The position numbers and the translations under genes are program-made. 64,000 nt of DNA from Nitrososphaeria archaeon (GTDB taxonomy: Archaea > Thermoproteota > Nitrososphaeria > Conexivisphaerales > UBA164): NCBI GenBank assembly GCA_049976505.1, contig JBMFIC010000002.1, positions 21,765-85,764 of the forward strand, given 5' to 3'. Below are positions 38,583 through 49,729 of this stretch, in pieces (position 1 is the stretch's first letter; each line of letters begins with the position of its first letter). The notes under the pieces were generated by a model. That model saw only the letters and a program-made list of their open reading frames with translations. It did not search any database and was not told the DNA's origin.

Positions 38583-38919
38583 ACTCGATTTCTACTTTCT
38601 TCCTTCTTTCTAACAGCTTTGGCAGCTCCACTATAAGTATTCCATTCCTGAAAGTAGCCTTGACCTGGTCAGGGTTGATCTTAGAAGGCAGGGTTATCTT
38701 CTTCCTAAAGGTCGCAAACTCCATCTTTTTTCCAAACCCCTCAAATGAGGACCATGTTACGGCCTGCCCTGCCTTAGCAATTATTTCTATTTCGTTTTCC
38801 TTGACGTATATCTCTATCTGATCCTTGCTCTTTACGAACGGCAGGTCTACAGTTATGATATAGCTGTTCGTTGTTTCATACATTTCGCTTAGCGGCTCTA
38901 TGTTAACCATGTCCATCAC
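38581..38919 (-). CDS. Hsp20/alpha-crystallin small heat-shock protein
   Basis: ACD features (YIITVDLPFVKSKDQIEIYVKENEIEI...ATFRNGILIVELPK). Confidence 0.85.
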   Translation of the reverse strand: MMDMVNIEPLSEMYETTNSYIITVDLPFVKSKDQIEIYVKENEIEIIAKAGQAVTWSSFEGFGKKMEFATFRKKITLPSKINPDQVKATFRNGILIVELPKLLERRKKVEIE

Positions 38920-38920
38920 C

Positions 38921-39661
38921 TCACCTGTACATGGATGGCAGGTTCTCCATCCTGCCCTGAGCCGCCCTTGCAGAAAGGTCCCTCATGTTAAGCCTTATCT
39001 CATCAGCCTTCTCAAGTAGGTCCGAGACGTCTATTTTTATGTCGAGAAGCTTGGAGAGAGCTTCCAGAACTGATGCAGCAGCTCCTGGATCTGGATACGT
39101 CGGGAAGCTTTCAGCTATTAACGCGTAGCCATCAATGTCTCTGTCCCTAAGAAGAGCAAGCAGCTCAGCAAAAATGCCAGCTATGAAGCCCTCATCAAGA
39201 GGCTTTATGCCCTTCTCCTGCAACACCTCCTTGCCCTTCTCTGAGTTGGAAACGCCAACCACTTCGGGCTTCGTTATCTCTATTCTGCGCTGGGTTGGAT
39301 ACCCGTTTAGAGAAACCGCCATGGAGACTCTTTTCTCATAAAGCCAGTCAGCCAGGGAAAGAGCCATGTTCTTCACCAGTGAAGGCGGTATTGGGAGCTC
39401 TGAAGTTATGACCAGGAGCTTGCCGTCCGAATAGGCGGCCGCAGGCTCCTTAATGATTCCCGTCTTGACGGAAAGTATGGGCGGCATGGCGGGGCTCTTT
39501 ATAAATGCGACCGGCTTCATGTTGAACTTCTCGATTAGATGAAAAGCTGCTATAGTTCCAACTAGGCCTACATCAGGAAAACCCTCAACGGCTATTAGAT
39601 TTGGCTGAAGGGGCTGAAGCTCAAGTATAGATACGTCGTAGTACTCTAGATGAACCGCCAT
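38921..39661 (-). CDS. PAC2-family (proteasome assembly chaperone-like) protein
   Basis: LIAVEGFPDVGLVGTIAAFHLIEKF is the PAC2 N-terminal signature. Confidence 0.7.
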   Translation of the reverse strand: MAVHLEYYDVSILELQPLQPNLIAVEGFPDVGLVGTIAAFHLIEKFNMKPVAFIKSPAMPPILSVKTGIIKEPAAAYSDGKLLVITSELPIPPSLVKNMALSLADWLYEKRVSMAVSLNGYPTQRRIEITKPEVVGVSNSEKGKEVLQEKGIKPLDEGFIAGIFAELLALLRDRDIDGYALIAESFPTYPDPGAAASVLEALSKLLDIKIDVSDLLEKADEIRLNMRDLSARAAQGRMENLPSMYR

Positions 39662-39712
39662 GATATTTATTTGCTAGGTTCTCCGATTTAAACTTTGAGC
39701 CCTATTTCAGCG

Positions 39713-41040
39713 CTTTTGCAGGTATTACATTTCGCTCTTTTAGATAAGTTCACTCATTGGCCTGAACTTCTTGGCGACTTCACCGTAAAAATCAGCGAGG
39801 TCCAGAAGGGGTGAAAAAATTTATGTGGGCTCTCTCCTAAACCCCTGAAAGAAGGCCTAGAAAAAGGTAGCTAGAAACTCGAAGCACTCGCGTGGTTACA
39901 AAGCCGTTGATCTACATTTCCCTGAACAGAGCTTCTGCAGGCTCATGATCAAGCTTTCGGGTGGAGAGTATTACGTTCCATCAGCTGATGCGGTATTAAG
40001 GAGGCTCGAATTTCTGACCTAAATCTGTAGTAAATTCCTTGATTCAGATAAATGCAAAGGCCGCCAAGAAGCGCATAAGGGATTGGATGAAAATTGCGAT
40101 AGACCACCAGACGAAGCGTAATGCGGTAGGGTAACGGCGCCTCCAGGAAAAGGGGTCTGCCGGATTTTTAGATGCTCCTTAGCCATGGCCTTTGTCTAGA
40201 ACTTTGCACTGTGAGTTTCAATGAGTTCGGTTTCATTGATAAAGATCACTTCAGGTAAATGTTGTTCTGCTTTATTCCATTGATGAAAATCTTCAAACAA
40301 TGATCCGCATAATTCCGGGCGCTGTGAGGGACATGACAAGCCTGTACGCAACGGTTGAAAAGGCAGGAATATTAAGGAAAAAGTACTGGTCCTTGACAGG
40401 GCTTCTTTTAATCAGACAACCCAGATTTCCTTTCAGACGAAAAGGTGAACTTTGTGATCCCAGCCAGGAAGACCGGCCAGCTATACGATGAGGTTACAAA
40501 AACGAACAAATGTTTTGATACAGGTGTCGCATGATTTAGGTCGGCAAGAAGGTCATCCGAAACTTTTACACTTACGTGCATCTGGACGGATTCCTTAGCT
40601 GAAGAGAGATGCTTCCTGTATAAAAGGCGCTTAAGGAGCTGATCGATGCAGATAAAATCAACAGAATGTGGGGAAGAGCGGTAAGGTACTTCTTATTTCA
40701 AACGTGGACTGAAGTCGTGAAGAAATTTGCCTGATGTACAAGAAGCGGGACGGTGTTGAAAGCATTCTTCGCTGTATGTGCTGGAACTCTTCAAATGTTT
40801 ACATGATCAGATCTTTCAGAGAAGAGAGGTTTAATCTGAAGTTTCAAAGAAGGTAAGGAAAGGAAACTTGATGTCAGATTGGGGCTGGGTATATCCCTAT
40901 AAAATAATGGAGTAAAGAATTAACATAGGATTCAGCCTGCTCTTCCTTCATTACACGCCTGCTTGTTGGGCAGGCCCTGTCTTACTGCCATAGCGGTTTT
41001 GCTTTATACTCTACCATAATTTACTTTTTTATTTTTATAG
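39713..41040 (+). mobile_element. degraded IS4/ISH3-like insertion sequence, copy 1 (near full length, multiple stops and frameshifts)
   Basis: The left-end sequence TTTTGCAGGTATTACATTTCGCTCTTTTAGAT is homologous to 56264-56295. Broken + strand frames read ...KIAIDHQT..., ...GSAGFLDAP... and ...VNFVIPARKTGQLYDEVTKT..., parallel to copy 2. Family assignment is from memory of DDE motifs. The right boundary is approximate. Confidence 0.6.
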
Positions 41041-41083
41041 GCTCTAGTTTCACGATTCTTTATTTATTGTAAAGTATAATAAT

Positions 41084-41884
41084 CTAACTTAATGGTGTGT
41101 AACTTTTTACTTCTTCAACAGCATCGTCCCACCATTTTTTATTTGTTCCAGTTTTACTTCTTTTTATCCAATTTTTTGTTTTAGGCGTATTGATAATTTC
41201 ATTAATAATCTGAGTTAAAGCAACTTGAAGTTCTTCATTTAATGTTTCTGTATACGATAATGCCGCCTTTAAATTATTAACTGCATCATAATAAAAACCC
41301 CAATCATCACTTAGGATTTGATAAACCCTCTCTTTCCAAGGTTCCTGGATATCGTGTGCTATTGCTATTAATCCCTGTAAATCAATTATATCCTTTTGGG
41401 TTATATAATGAACTTGTAATTTACTTAAAAGAAGGTCGGCAAAATTTAGCGTAGGATAAGACATCTCGAGTCTGTTTTGTATATCGATTTTATGATTAAA
41501 TTCCAGTTTGTCAAAAAATATATCTATATGATATAATTCATATGGATGATAATATATCCGGCGTTTATCCCCAAAAAGAGAGTTAATCACTTTATCCTTT
41601 TCAAATTTTAGTTGATTTAAAAAAAGATCATTGATCATTTTTGATTGTTTAGAATATGCTACAAAATCAATATCACCGAAAAACGATTCGCTGTCTGCTT
41701 TTCTGGCAGATGAATATATTGAGAAAAATGAATTATTTTTTTCTTTCAAAAGGTAGTAAATAGCTAATCCTCCAAACAATCTTATTGTTATTCCATTATT
41801 TTGGGCTATTTTTATTATTTTTAACGCTTCGTCAAGTAATTCATTCGGTTGTAATTTGCTTTTTTTGTTAACGTTAAAGTTCAT
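41084..41884 (-). CDS. pol-beta-superfamily nucleotidyltransferase-like protein
   Basis: ITIRLFGGLAIYY ... FGDIDFVAY ... HIDIFFDKL pattern (G-G, DxD and a later acidic/His strand). Very AT-rich. Confidence 0.5.
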   Translation of the reverse strand: MNFNVNKKSKLQPNELLDEALKIIKIAQNNGITIRLFGGLAIYYLLKEKNNSFFSIYSSARKADSESFFGDIDFVAYSKQSKMINDLFLNQLKFEKDKVINSLFGDKRRIYYHPYELYHIDIFFDKLEFNHKIDIQNRLEMSYPTLNFADLLLSKLQVHYITQKDIIDLQGLIAIAHDIQEPWKERVYQILSDDWGFYYDAVNNLKAALSYTETLNEELQVALTQIINEIINTPKTKNWIKRSKTGTNKKWWDDAVEEVKSYTPLS

Positions 41885-41936
41885 GTTAACTAATTAAAAA
41901 TAAACATTTATATAACCGTTTTGATCACTTTATCAT

Positions 41937-42881
41937 ATGTTAAGAGCATTTTTAGCAAGTGATTTTCATGGGTCTGATGTTGTCTTTAGAAAATTTGTTA
42001 ATGCACTTGACGTATATAAATGTGATATTGCGTTTTTTGCAGGTGATATAACTGGAAAGGCTATGATTTTAGTAAAAGATTTAGGTAACAGTAAGTATGA
42101 AACAGAATTTTTAGGAGATAAAGTCTTTTTACGATCTAAAGAAGAACTAGATTCTTTTTTAAATAAAGTATCATCTTCAGGGTTTTACTATAAAATAATA
42201 AAAAATAATGAAATAATAGAAGATAAAAACTTAGAACTAGAAATGCGTGAATTAATGATCAAAAGGACAGAGACATGGATGCAAATTATCCATAATAAAT
42301 ATAAAGGATCTAATAAAAAATTTTATTTCATTACGGGTAATGACGATCCAAGTGAAATTAAAGATGTTATTAAATCATATTCAGATGATAATATAGTTGA
42401 TGCAAATGAAAAAACCTTTGAACTGCCCAATGGAATGGAGGGTTTTGGATTGCCATATTCGAATATTACACCTTGGAAGCTACCCGGTGATCTTACTGAG
42501 GACGCTCTTAAAGATAAGATTGAATTTTTAACCTCGAAATTGAAGGACCCAGGAAACTCTGTATTTCTTATTCATGTCCCCCCTAAAGATACTGTAATAG
42601 ATCTTGCGCCAGTCTTGGAGAATATGAGTTTAAAGATTGACATGTCAGGAGTACAGATGGCGCATGTAGGTAGTACTGCGGTTAGAGATGCAATTTTAAA
42701 ATATCAGCCAGTTGCATCATTACATGGTCACATACATGAATCTAGAGGTGTAGCAAAAATAGGAAGGACTTATGCTTTTAATGCGGGTAGCGAATATCAA
42801 CAAGGTATTTTAAGAGGGGTAATATTAAATTTTGATGAACGCCCATATAAATTAAAGAGTTATTTATTTGTTTATGGCTAA
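41937..42881 (+). CDS. calcineurin-like metallophosphoesterase
   Basis: Motifs in order: SDFHGS, AGDITGK, ITGNDDP, LIHVPP, HGHIHESRG. Very AT-rich. Divergent from the NTase-like gene across 52 bp. Confidence 0.8.
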   Translation: MLRAFLASDFHGSDVVFRKFVNALDVYKCDIAFFAGDITGKAMILVKDLGNSKYETEFLGDKVFLRSKEELDSFLNKVSSSGFYYKIIKNNEIIEDKNLELEMRELMIKRTETWMQIIHNKYKGSNKKFYFITGNDDPSEIKDVIKSYSDDNIVDANEKTFELPNGMEGFGLPYSNITPWKLPGDLTEDALKDKIEFLTSKLKDPGNSVFLIHVPPKDTVIDLAPVLENMSLKIDMSGVQMAHVGSTAVRDAILKYQPVASLHGHIHESRGVAKIGRTYAFNAGSEYQQGILRGVILNFDERPYKLKSYLFVYG

Positions 42882-43289
42882 TGGAAAACAAAGGTTAATA
42901 GGACTTGCACAGTGAGGTGTAAAATTTTGCCATCAAAAATTATTCATGTAAGCCTAAGGAAAGGAAAAATTGGCCGCGGGAGAAGATAATAGATGGTATG
43001 ACTACGGGAAAGACAGCAACAAAGGTCAATTTTACGCTTTTCTTATGAGATACCAAGTCTGACCCATGTTTGGCCTGTCCCTCCCTTAATTGCGGCACTG
43101 ACTGCCTGTAGGAGCAGGATGTGTGATCAGGCGATCCAGCCACCTTCCGCTCGATCATGCCATTAAAAAGTTGGTGGGATGAACTAAAAGCATTTCTTAA
43201 TCATGGACAGATCTGGCAGCAATTTACTCATGCTTTTCGCCAATAAGATCTTTTTTGGCGTTAACGAGAGATGGGTTCAAAGGCATCAA

Positions 43290-44360
43290 GGAAGTAACAT
43301 CAGGGATATAGGTATCAAAAGGCAAACTTAACTTATGCGTACTAAATCAATCAAGGGTAGTCGCGCGCTGAGTTCACTAACGATTTACCCGGGTTAAGAA
43401 GGTCAAAAAGTTCTTTCTCGAAAACAAATGGTATAAAGTTGCCATTTAGTCAACAGGCCATGCTGGTAGGGAGTTTTATGATTACCTCACCAAGCACAAC
43501 GTAAGGTGATGCTGGTCAACCTGACAAAGGTAAAGGGTCGTCTGTTGAATAAATCCGACAGGCTTGACAGCGCTACACTAGCCACGCTACTAATTATCAA
43601 TCAGCTAAGCCCGAGCTCTGTCCAAGCCAAGGATCTCAGAAAGCTGAGAAGGTTGACCAAGATAAGAGCATCGCTCATAATTATGAAGAAAGCGATAAAG
43701 AACCAGCAATACAGTCGTCAGCACTTACAACCCTGAACTGCTTTGTTTTCAAACGCTTTGGAAAGTCGAAGAGGGGCTCCTTTATAAGATAGCTTATGAC
43801 GGAAGGGTGGATGGATTGAGCGAAGAAAAGATGAAAAGGTTGCTAGGAATTATCAGTAACGCGTTCCAGAAGCTCGATTCGTGGATCATGCGGTTCGCTT
43901 CGTTGTTGACAAGCAAGATGTAGGAAAAGGTAAAGAAGCTTGATGATGCGATCGCTTCACTAATACACTCGATGTTGAAGATCAGGTACGTTGATCTAAT
44001 GCTTATAATAAGCGGGATTGGACATGAGACTGCACAGGCTATTGCTACAGAAATATCGAACATAAGCAAATTTTCAGAATTCGCGAAGCTCATAAGGTCT
44101 TCAAGCTTAAACCAAACTTATAAGCAACGCGGATCGGTCAAGGTATATGGGAAGCTGGAAAAAGACTGAACCACCGTACCTGAGGAGTGCGCTTTATTAG
44201 GCTACGCAGATTATAGCATTTTACGGTCAAGATAAATTATTTAAGAATTGCTACGCTAACTTGAAAAACAAGTTCGATTCAAAAGGTAACATTGTAGCGA
44301 TAGTATCGGTTGCAAGAAAGCTACTCCGCGTGATATAGCCCATGCTCACAGACAAAAGCA
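43290..44360 (+). pseudogene. IS110-family transposase pseudogene
   Basis: The + strand reads GIKRQT*..., ...NKSDRLDSATLATLLIINQLSPSSVQAKDLRKLRRLTKIRASL...KNQ (DEDD N-domain), ...ISGIGHETAQAIATEISNISKFSEFAKL... (Transposase_20 domain) and ...VARKLLRVI*. It is interrupted by several stops and frameshifts. Confidence 0.75.
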
Positions 44361-44888
44361 AGTTCGATAGAAAAACCGCTTTCGCTAAATCAAAGAGGAG
44401 AAGGGTAACGAAATGGGCAGAGAAGTTTTTCTCATAAAATAAAGCTCCCTGAGCTGATAGTTTGCTTGTGCCACAACTTCTCTGAATTGTTTCATTTGCT
44501 TACACTGTTGTCTTATAATCTTAAGAGGAGACGATCCTGGCAAGTACCTCTGATTACATTATGCTCAAAAACTTATAAGCATTAAAAGGCATAACATTTT
44601 AGTGCTTAATTTTTCCGTAGGGGCTTTTTATTCCTCAGCATCTTTATGTAACTCTATATATTATCCTGTTGTTTGATTTAGCATTAGCCACACCTCTAGC
44701 AACGATAATGAGCTCTGCCTTGAGAACGTCATCTCCGTGCTAGAGGCAGTTGTGCATGAATACATGTTCTCTATTGTCAGCCTTTGGGACAAGGCCAGCA
44801 TAGGGGCACGGCTCCTTCTTGTTTGGAAATTATTAGTAATTTACAATAGACAAAATATCAAAACATATGTAAATAAGTGTTATTTATG

Positions 44889-46472
44889 TTATGCAGGTGG
44901 CACTTCTTTAAATACCAAAGAAAGATCTATACCTTGTCTACGTCTGTAAATGTAGAAAATGGCATATATTACACCACCCATTACAAAGGTTACTAATACA
45001 GTGTATAATGAAAACCAGCTTATTGGTCCACCTATAGCTGGCGATTCTAAAGTTACAATTTCTAAATATGCTGAAACTATTAAGGCGGCTATTCCAGCAA
45101 TTGATAGTGCTGGAATATTAGCTAATTTCCAATTTGATATAGGCGAATTATTATAGTAATTTCTAAATTTATATGGAAATATTATTGCTGAAATGGAAAC
45201 TAGCATGAAAATAAAATATAGTATTACCCATAAATTTGCTAAATACCCAAAGAAGGGCGTAAATCCTTGAAGGTAAGCCATTATACCTAAAATTATCCCT
45301 ATAGTTATCGTAGCATTTACTGGTGTGTGAAACCTTTCACTAACACTTCCTAGAAATTCTGGAGTAACTCGATCAAAAGACCACGCAAATAGGATTCTTG
45401 TTGCTAAGAAAAATCCTGAGGGTATTATAAAAAGCATACTCGCCAAAAATCCCCATCCAATTAAAGCCTTTAAAATTGGATTTGAAGTAACCATAATTAA
45501 GAGATAATTATAATATGGTGGTGGTAAGGAAGAAGGGTATTTACTAGGATATAATGAGTAAATGTAATTTAATGCTAAAGGTAAATTGAAACCAAAAGCA
45601 CGGGGAGCCAACGCTAGTAATATTGAATATAGTGCTACACTTATATATGTTGCCCCAAGCACCGCAATCCACATAGAACGTTTTGGATTTTGAATTTCTC
45701 CACCAGCATAAGGTGCCCACCACCATCCTCCCCACATTTGCATAGCCCAAGGTAAAGCCATAAGACTACCAGTTATTGTCCACCCTGGAATAAAACCTAA
45801 ACTTTCAGCTTCAGAAACTACTGCAGTTGGGGATACACCGTATTGTAACAATACGGAAGAAAGGTGCCATGTTGGAAACAATTCAACTATTAACGCTGCA
45901 ACCCAGCCAATAAAAGTAAGTATAAATAGCAAATTTAGAATTTTTCCTTGAAAACTTACTCGAGGTATAAACATTAATGTAAAAACAAGAGTCATAAGTT
46001 CAGCAATTATTAAAGCATTAATAGGCTGCGCTAGCACGTTAGCTAAATTATTAAGTCCTAAAGAATAAAGAAAACCGGGTAAGAATACTTCCCCTATTAA
46101 CCAAAGGTTTAACGAGGTCCAATTAAGACCCAAAAAGAGCATAAAGAAACTAACCATATAGCCTATGATAGGAGATAAAGTCCTACTTGTCCATACGTAA
46201 TCCCCACCTGATCTAGGCATAATAATACCAAATAAAACATAAACCAAACCCAAAATTGTTACTAGTGGTACACTAAACAAAATAGCAAGTACATAATTAG
46301 CTTGCCTGACAGTTACCACTCCCCAAGCATATAGTTCCATTAAACCCATTAAAAAGTTAAGTTGTGAAAGAGCTATAAGCGCTGCTTGCCAACTGTTAAG
46401 GCTCCTAATTAAACCTGATGCCCCTCGTAAGAAGATACTTTTTGAAGCCATGTTTTTAGTATAATTAGACAT
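44889..46472 (-). CDS. APC-superfamily amino acid/polyamine permease
   Basis: 527 aa with about 12-13 TM segments. N-terminal LIALSQLNFLMG...IMPRSGGDYVW is typical of APC carriers. AT-rich. Confidence 0.7.
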   Translation of the reverse strand: MSNYTKNMASKSIFLRGASGLIRSLNSWQAALIALSQLNFLMGLMELYAWGVVTVRQANYVLAILFSVPLVTILGLVYVLFGIIMPRSGGDYVWTSRTLSPIIGYMVSFFMLFLGLNWTSLNLWLIGEVFLPGFLYSLGLNNLANVLAQPINALIIAELMTLVFTLMFIPRVSFQGKILNLLFILTFIGWVAALIVELFPTWHLSSVLLQYGVSPTAVVSEAESLGFIPGWTITGSLMALPWAMQMWGGWWWAPYAGGEIQNPKRSMWIAVLGATYISVALYSILLALAPRAFGFNLPLALNYIYSLYPSKYPSSLPPPYYNYLLIMVTSNPILKALIGWGFLASMLFIIPSGFFLATRILFAWSFDRVTPEFLGSVSERFHTPVNATITIGIILGIMAYLQGFTPFFGYLANLWVILYFIFMLVSISAIIFPYKFRNYYNNSPISNWKLANIPALSIAGIAALIVSAYLEIVTLESPAIGGPISWFSLYTVLVTFVMGGVIYAIFYIYRRRQGIDLSLVFKEVPPA

Positions 46473-47096
46473 ATAATATAAACTTTACGTGCCACATGAA
46501 ATCACATAAATAACAACAAAAACTAGAGATTAATTGGTGGCGCGGAAAAATTGATTTTTATTGCTTAATTAGTTAAACCATTTTGTGACAACTTCACCTA
46601 AAAATGAGCAATAGTTTTAACTGGCGTTAAATAAATTTATTATTTGCGTGCGATACCGTATTTACCGAATAGTCTGAAATAGCTATTATTAGTGTATTAG
46701 TGGGGATATGGTATTATAATTTTATTATTATAATTTAATTCTAACTTATTTTCTAATAAATAAATTAAATAGACATATCAGACTGTGTAAAAATTCGGTT
46801 CGATACACAAACTAAATTTAACAAAATTTAGCAAAAAAGGTTCAACATAAGGCAGTCAGCAAGACCTGATTGCCAAGCGGGTTAATTAACCTTCTCATAT
46901 TTAGAGCAAGCATGGTAAATGCAATTTCTCCCCCCACCTTTTTAAGGCCCTATGGAGCTTTTGACATGGAAAGGCTTGAAACGCCTGTGGCGAGCTTCTG
47001 CGAAAGACTTCTCAAGAAGAGATCATAGGTAAGCCATTAAACTATTCTTTAATTATGTTTATGTTAGAGAGGGTGTAGTAATTTGCAGATAAAACG

Positions 47097-47334
47097 CTAA
47101 GCTCTTGGGAGAAGGGCTTGGCATAAAGGCTGAAAAGAAATTAGAGCCTGAGGGCACAGTTAAACCGATTATGTACATATCGTTGAACAGAACCTATGCT
47201 GAAACAGTGTCAACGATCTTGCAGAGCACATGAGCGCTCCCTCTCTTGATGTAACGTTAAGGAAGCTCGAATGCCCTGACCCCGGATCCGCAGCAAACTC
47301 TTTGAGCCAGATAAAAGCGAAGGTCGTCAAGAAG
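47097..47334. repeat. 238-bp perfect direct repeat (copy-2 side)
   Basis: Hand alignment shows no mismatch with 56364-56601. Confidence 0.9.
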
Positions 47335-47945
47335 TATTCTCGAATGCGATGAAGAGTGCCATAGACCGTACAGAGTCTCTGCTCCTCATGAACAGAGGGT
47401 TCTATAGTGTAGAGATCATACAGACGCTCAACAGTACGGGCATAAAGTTCGTAATTCCCGCTGTATTGAACAAGAATGTGGAAAGGACCGTGAACGATTA
47501 CATTAACGGAAGGGTGAGCTGTAATTTAGTACGAAATGATATAAAAGGTATACATACTATTGCAAAGAAATAGAAAGAAATAGTCAATTGCGAAGTACAT
47601 CAAGTTCGACGATCAGCTGGAGGTAGGTAATGTCATGCCTGAAGAACACAGGTACATGTGGGAATGGAAAAACCAAGTAGATGGTCGAGGATGGTCTTGA
47701 AGCAAGGACGACTGTCAGAAACGTGCTCTGATGGCAGTCTACTTTATGGTTGGTAGCTCTCAATACAACTTGCGGATCATAATATGAGCTGAGATGATAA
47801 AATGCAGAAAGATGGCACCTTACGTTTTCAGGAAAACGATGGGGGATTAGATAAAAGGGAACACCAAGCGGGCCAGGGCCTCTAGAATAAGGGATAGCGA
47901 AGTTTGAGGAGGTTCTTTTGCTTGAACCATAGCCGATTGGCAAAA
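47097..47945 (+). mobile_element. IS4/ISH3-like element, copy 2 (internally deleted, decayed C-terminus)
   Basis: 47097-47334 is identical to 56364-56601. ORF 47349-47573 reads SAIDRTESLLLMNRGFYSVEIIQTLNSTGIKFVIPA (DDE first-D and second-D regions fused). The downstream + strand keeps transposase-like fragments with stops. Confidence 0.65.
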
Positions 47946-48123
47946 TTTATTTGAAACAAAACTAAAGGCTTTATTGACAGAAACATTATAGCTCAAGTCT
48001 GTTAATTGTTAACCGCCTGATAGATAACCTTTTATTTCGCTATAAAAAGTTTTATGCTTACGAATATAACAAAATTGTTAGCAAAGTTAATATTATTTAT
48101 AAATATTAAAAAATTTAATAGCG

Positions 48124-48639
48124 TTGAATGATACTAAAATAAAAATGAATAGTGATAAAGATTTAGTTGTTATTTATGGTTTTTCTTTTAAATATCCCAT
48201 TGATGCTAAGTTAGAATTTAATCCAAAATCAGATAGATGTAAAGGAGATTTAGCTATAAAATTTCAAAACGGGTTTAAAATATTTATAACATGGGGGGAA
48301 CTAAAAGAATTACCAAAATCAGTTAAAGGGTTAGAAGATCTTTTTGTGTTTCATTTAAATTTATTAAAGAAAAAATTTAACAAAATAGAACTAGTAAGTA
48401 AACAAATATATGAGATTAATAATGTTGAAGTTATATCCATTGTAATAAAGGTACAATCGTACACATTTTTTCCCTTCGTAAAACAACCTATCAAGTTCAA
48501 CAGGATAATTATATATTATATCAATTGTAATAAAAGTGAAAGATATTTTATAATATATGGAACTATTAATGAAAATTTTGTATATGAAGAAAATGTTTTA
48601 AAAGAATTAATCGAATCGTTTAATTGTCAGATTACGTAA
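48124..48639 (+). CDS. hypothetical protein (171 aa), very AT-rich
   Basis: Clean ORF in a region otherwise full of stops. TTG start and Lys/Ile/Asn-rich. I recognise no motif. Confidence 0.4.
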   Translation: MNDTKIKMNSDKDLVVIYGFSFKYPIDAKLEFNPKSDRCKGDLAIKFQNGFKIFITWGELKELPKSVKGLEDLFVFHLNLLKKKFNKIELVSKQIYEINNVEVISIVIKVQSYTFFPFVKQPIKFNRIIIYYINCNKSERYFIIYGTINENFVYEENVLKELIESFNCQIT

Positions 48640-48689
48640 GATACTAAACTTTAGAAAAATTCTAGACGCTGTTTAATGACAAGTTAGAT

Positions 48690-49720
48690 AAAGAAAACGC
48701 TTGAAATGGTTTGTTCACACATCGTAATGACTGACACAAGTGAACAAGCCAGTATTAGATACAATAAAGGAAAATATTCTTCTACGTAATAATTGAAGCT
48801 AAGAGGATTGAATCTGCATCGAGGTTGAAGGAAAGAATTGAAAAAATTCATGAACAGACAGTTGAAGAAATGGTAGGTAAAAGATACAGGAAAGCTGGAT
48901 ATTATGAAAGGAGCTCGTAACCAACCTTGTATCGGTACTTTAAGAATTACGGGGTCGGGCAAAAATGGCAGGATAACATCGCCTTTGCTCGACTCCTTTA
49001 ACGTAAGAATACATAAGTATTCTAGATAGCTCAAAGATGATGTTGGCTGATGCGGCGTCCGTTACTTCTTACAGGAAAACAAACGATGCTTTCAAGAGAA
49101 TAACAAGTGCTGAAGCTTCTGAAAAGCACGATACATTGGATTGTGCAGGAAGTGGGGAGCGTGATAGAGCTCAATGAAAGTGTTAGAGTTAGGTCATAAA
49201 GGCTAGAGCATAGAAGGCAATTTTGTCAACGGTGAGAACAGCTCGATAAAGGCGATCACCGCACATGATCAGGAAAGCCATAAAAGACCTTAAGCATTGC
49301 AGTGAATGTACACTAAAAATATTTGATAAAGCATATGTTGTATCTAATGCGGAAAGGGGCTTGAAAACGATACAGATCCAGATATTCATCAGCTCGACCA
49401 GCTATATGTTATAAAATTGAATATCTGGCAGAACGGGAGAAAAACTCCTGACTCTTGTAAACGCTGTAAAGAAACATAGCATGCATAATAAGAACATGGG
49501 TATGCATAAAAAGGATAGAAATTAAAGGCAAAAAGTTTGTACTGAGCTATTAAATTTAGCTTGTTTACGAAAAAGGTCACAAAGTTCGAGAATGGCGCCA
49601 GGATATGTTGCTCTAGAAAATATTTTGATAGGAGAGTGTATGTGTTGGTGTTGAAGGACGGCAAAGCTGATGGATGATTTTAATATAATTCTATCTGTTG
49701 TTAAGTCAAAAGAATACCCA
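48690..49720 (+). pseudogene. transposase-like remnant, family unclear
   Basis: Broken + strand frames read ...GKRYRKAGYYERSS... and ...ITSPLLDSFNV.... The track ORFs here are low-complexity antisense reads. Confidence 0.3.
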
Positions 49721-49729
49721 TACAAAAAA

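Noticed and set aside
42940-43158. A 72-aa - strand ORF between the phosphoesterase gene and the IS110 pseudogene.
   Set aside because: It is short and isolated, with no motif and no start context, inside a junction region of mixed composition.
46480-46860. AT-rich non-coding tracts here and at 51340-51425 (an 80-nt pure A+T run). I considered them as a replication origin/DUE or a CRISPR leader.
   Set aside because: I see no ORB-like inverted repeats, no cdc6/orc gene nearby and no repeat-spacer periodicity. Both tracts sit between IS debris and AT-rich foreign DNA, so low-complexity filler is the simpler reading.
47584-47943. A 119-aa - strand ORF.
   Set aside because: It lies antisense to the decayed C-terminal half of IS copy 2, whose + strand still shows transposase-like fragments. 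It has no start context and no motif.
48684-49725. Four - strand ORFs (66-116 aa) in the island.
   Set aside because: Their translations are low in complexity and Phe/Leu/Ser-rich. The + strand carries recognisable though broken transposase-like frames.
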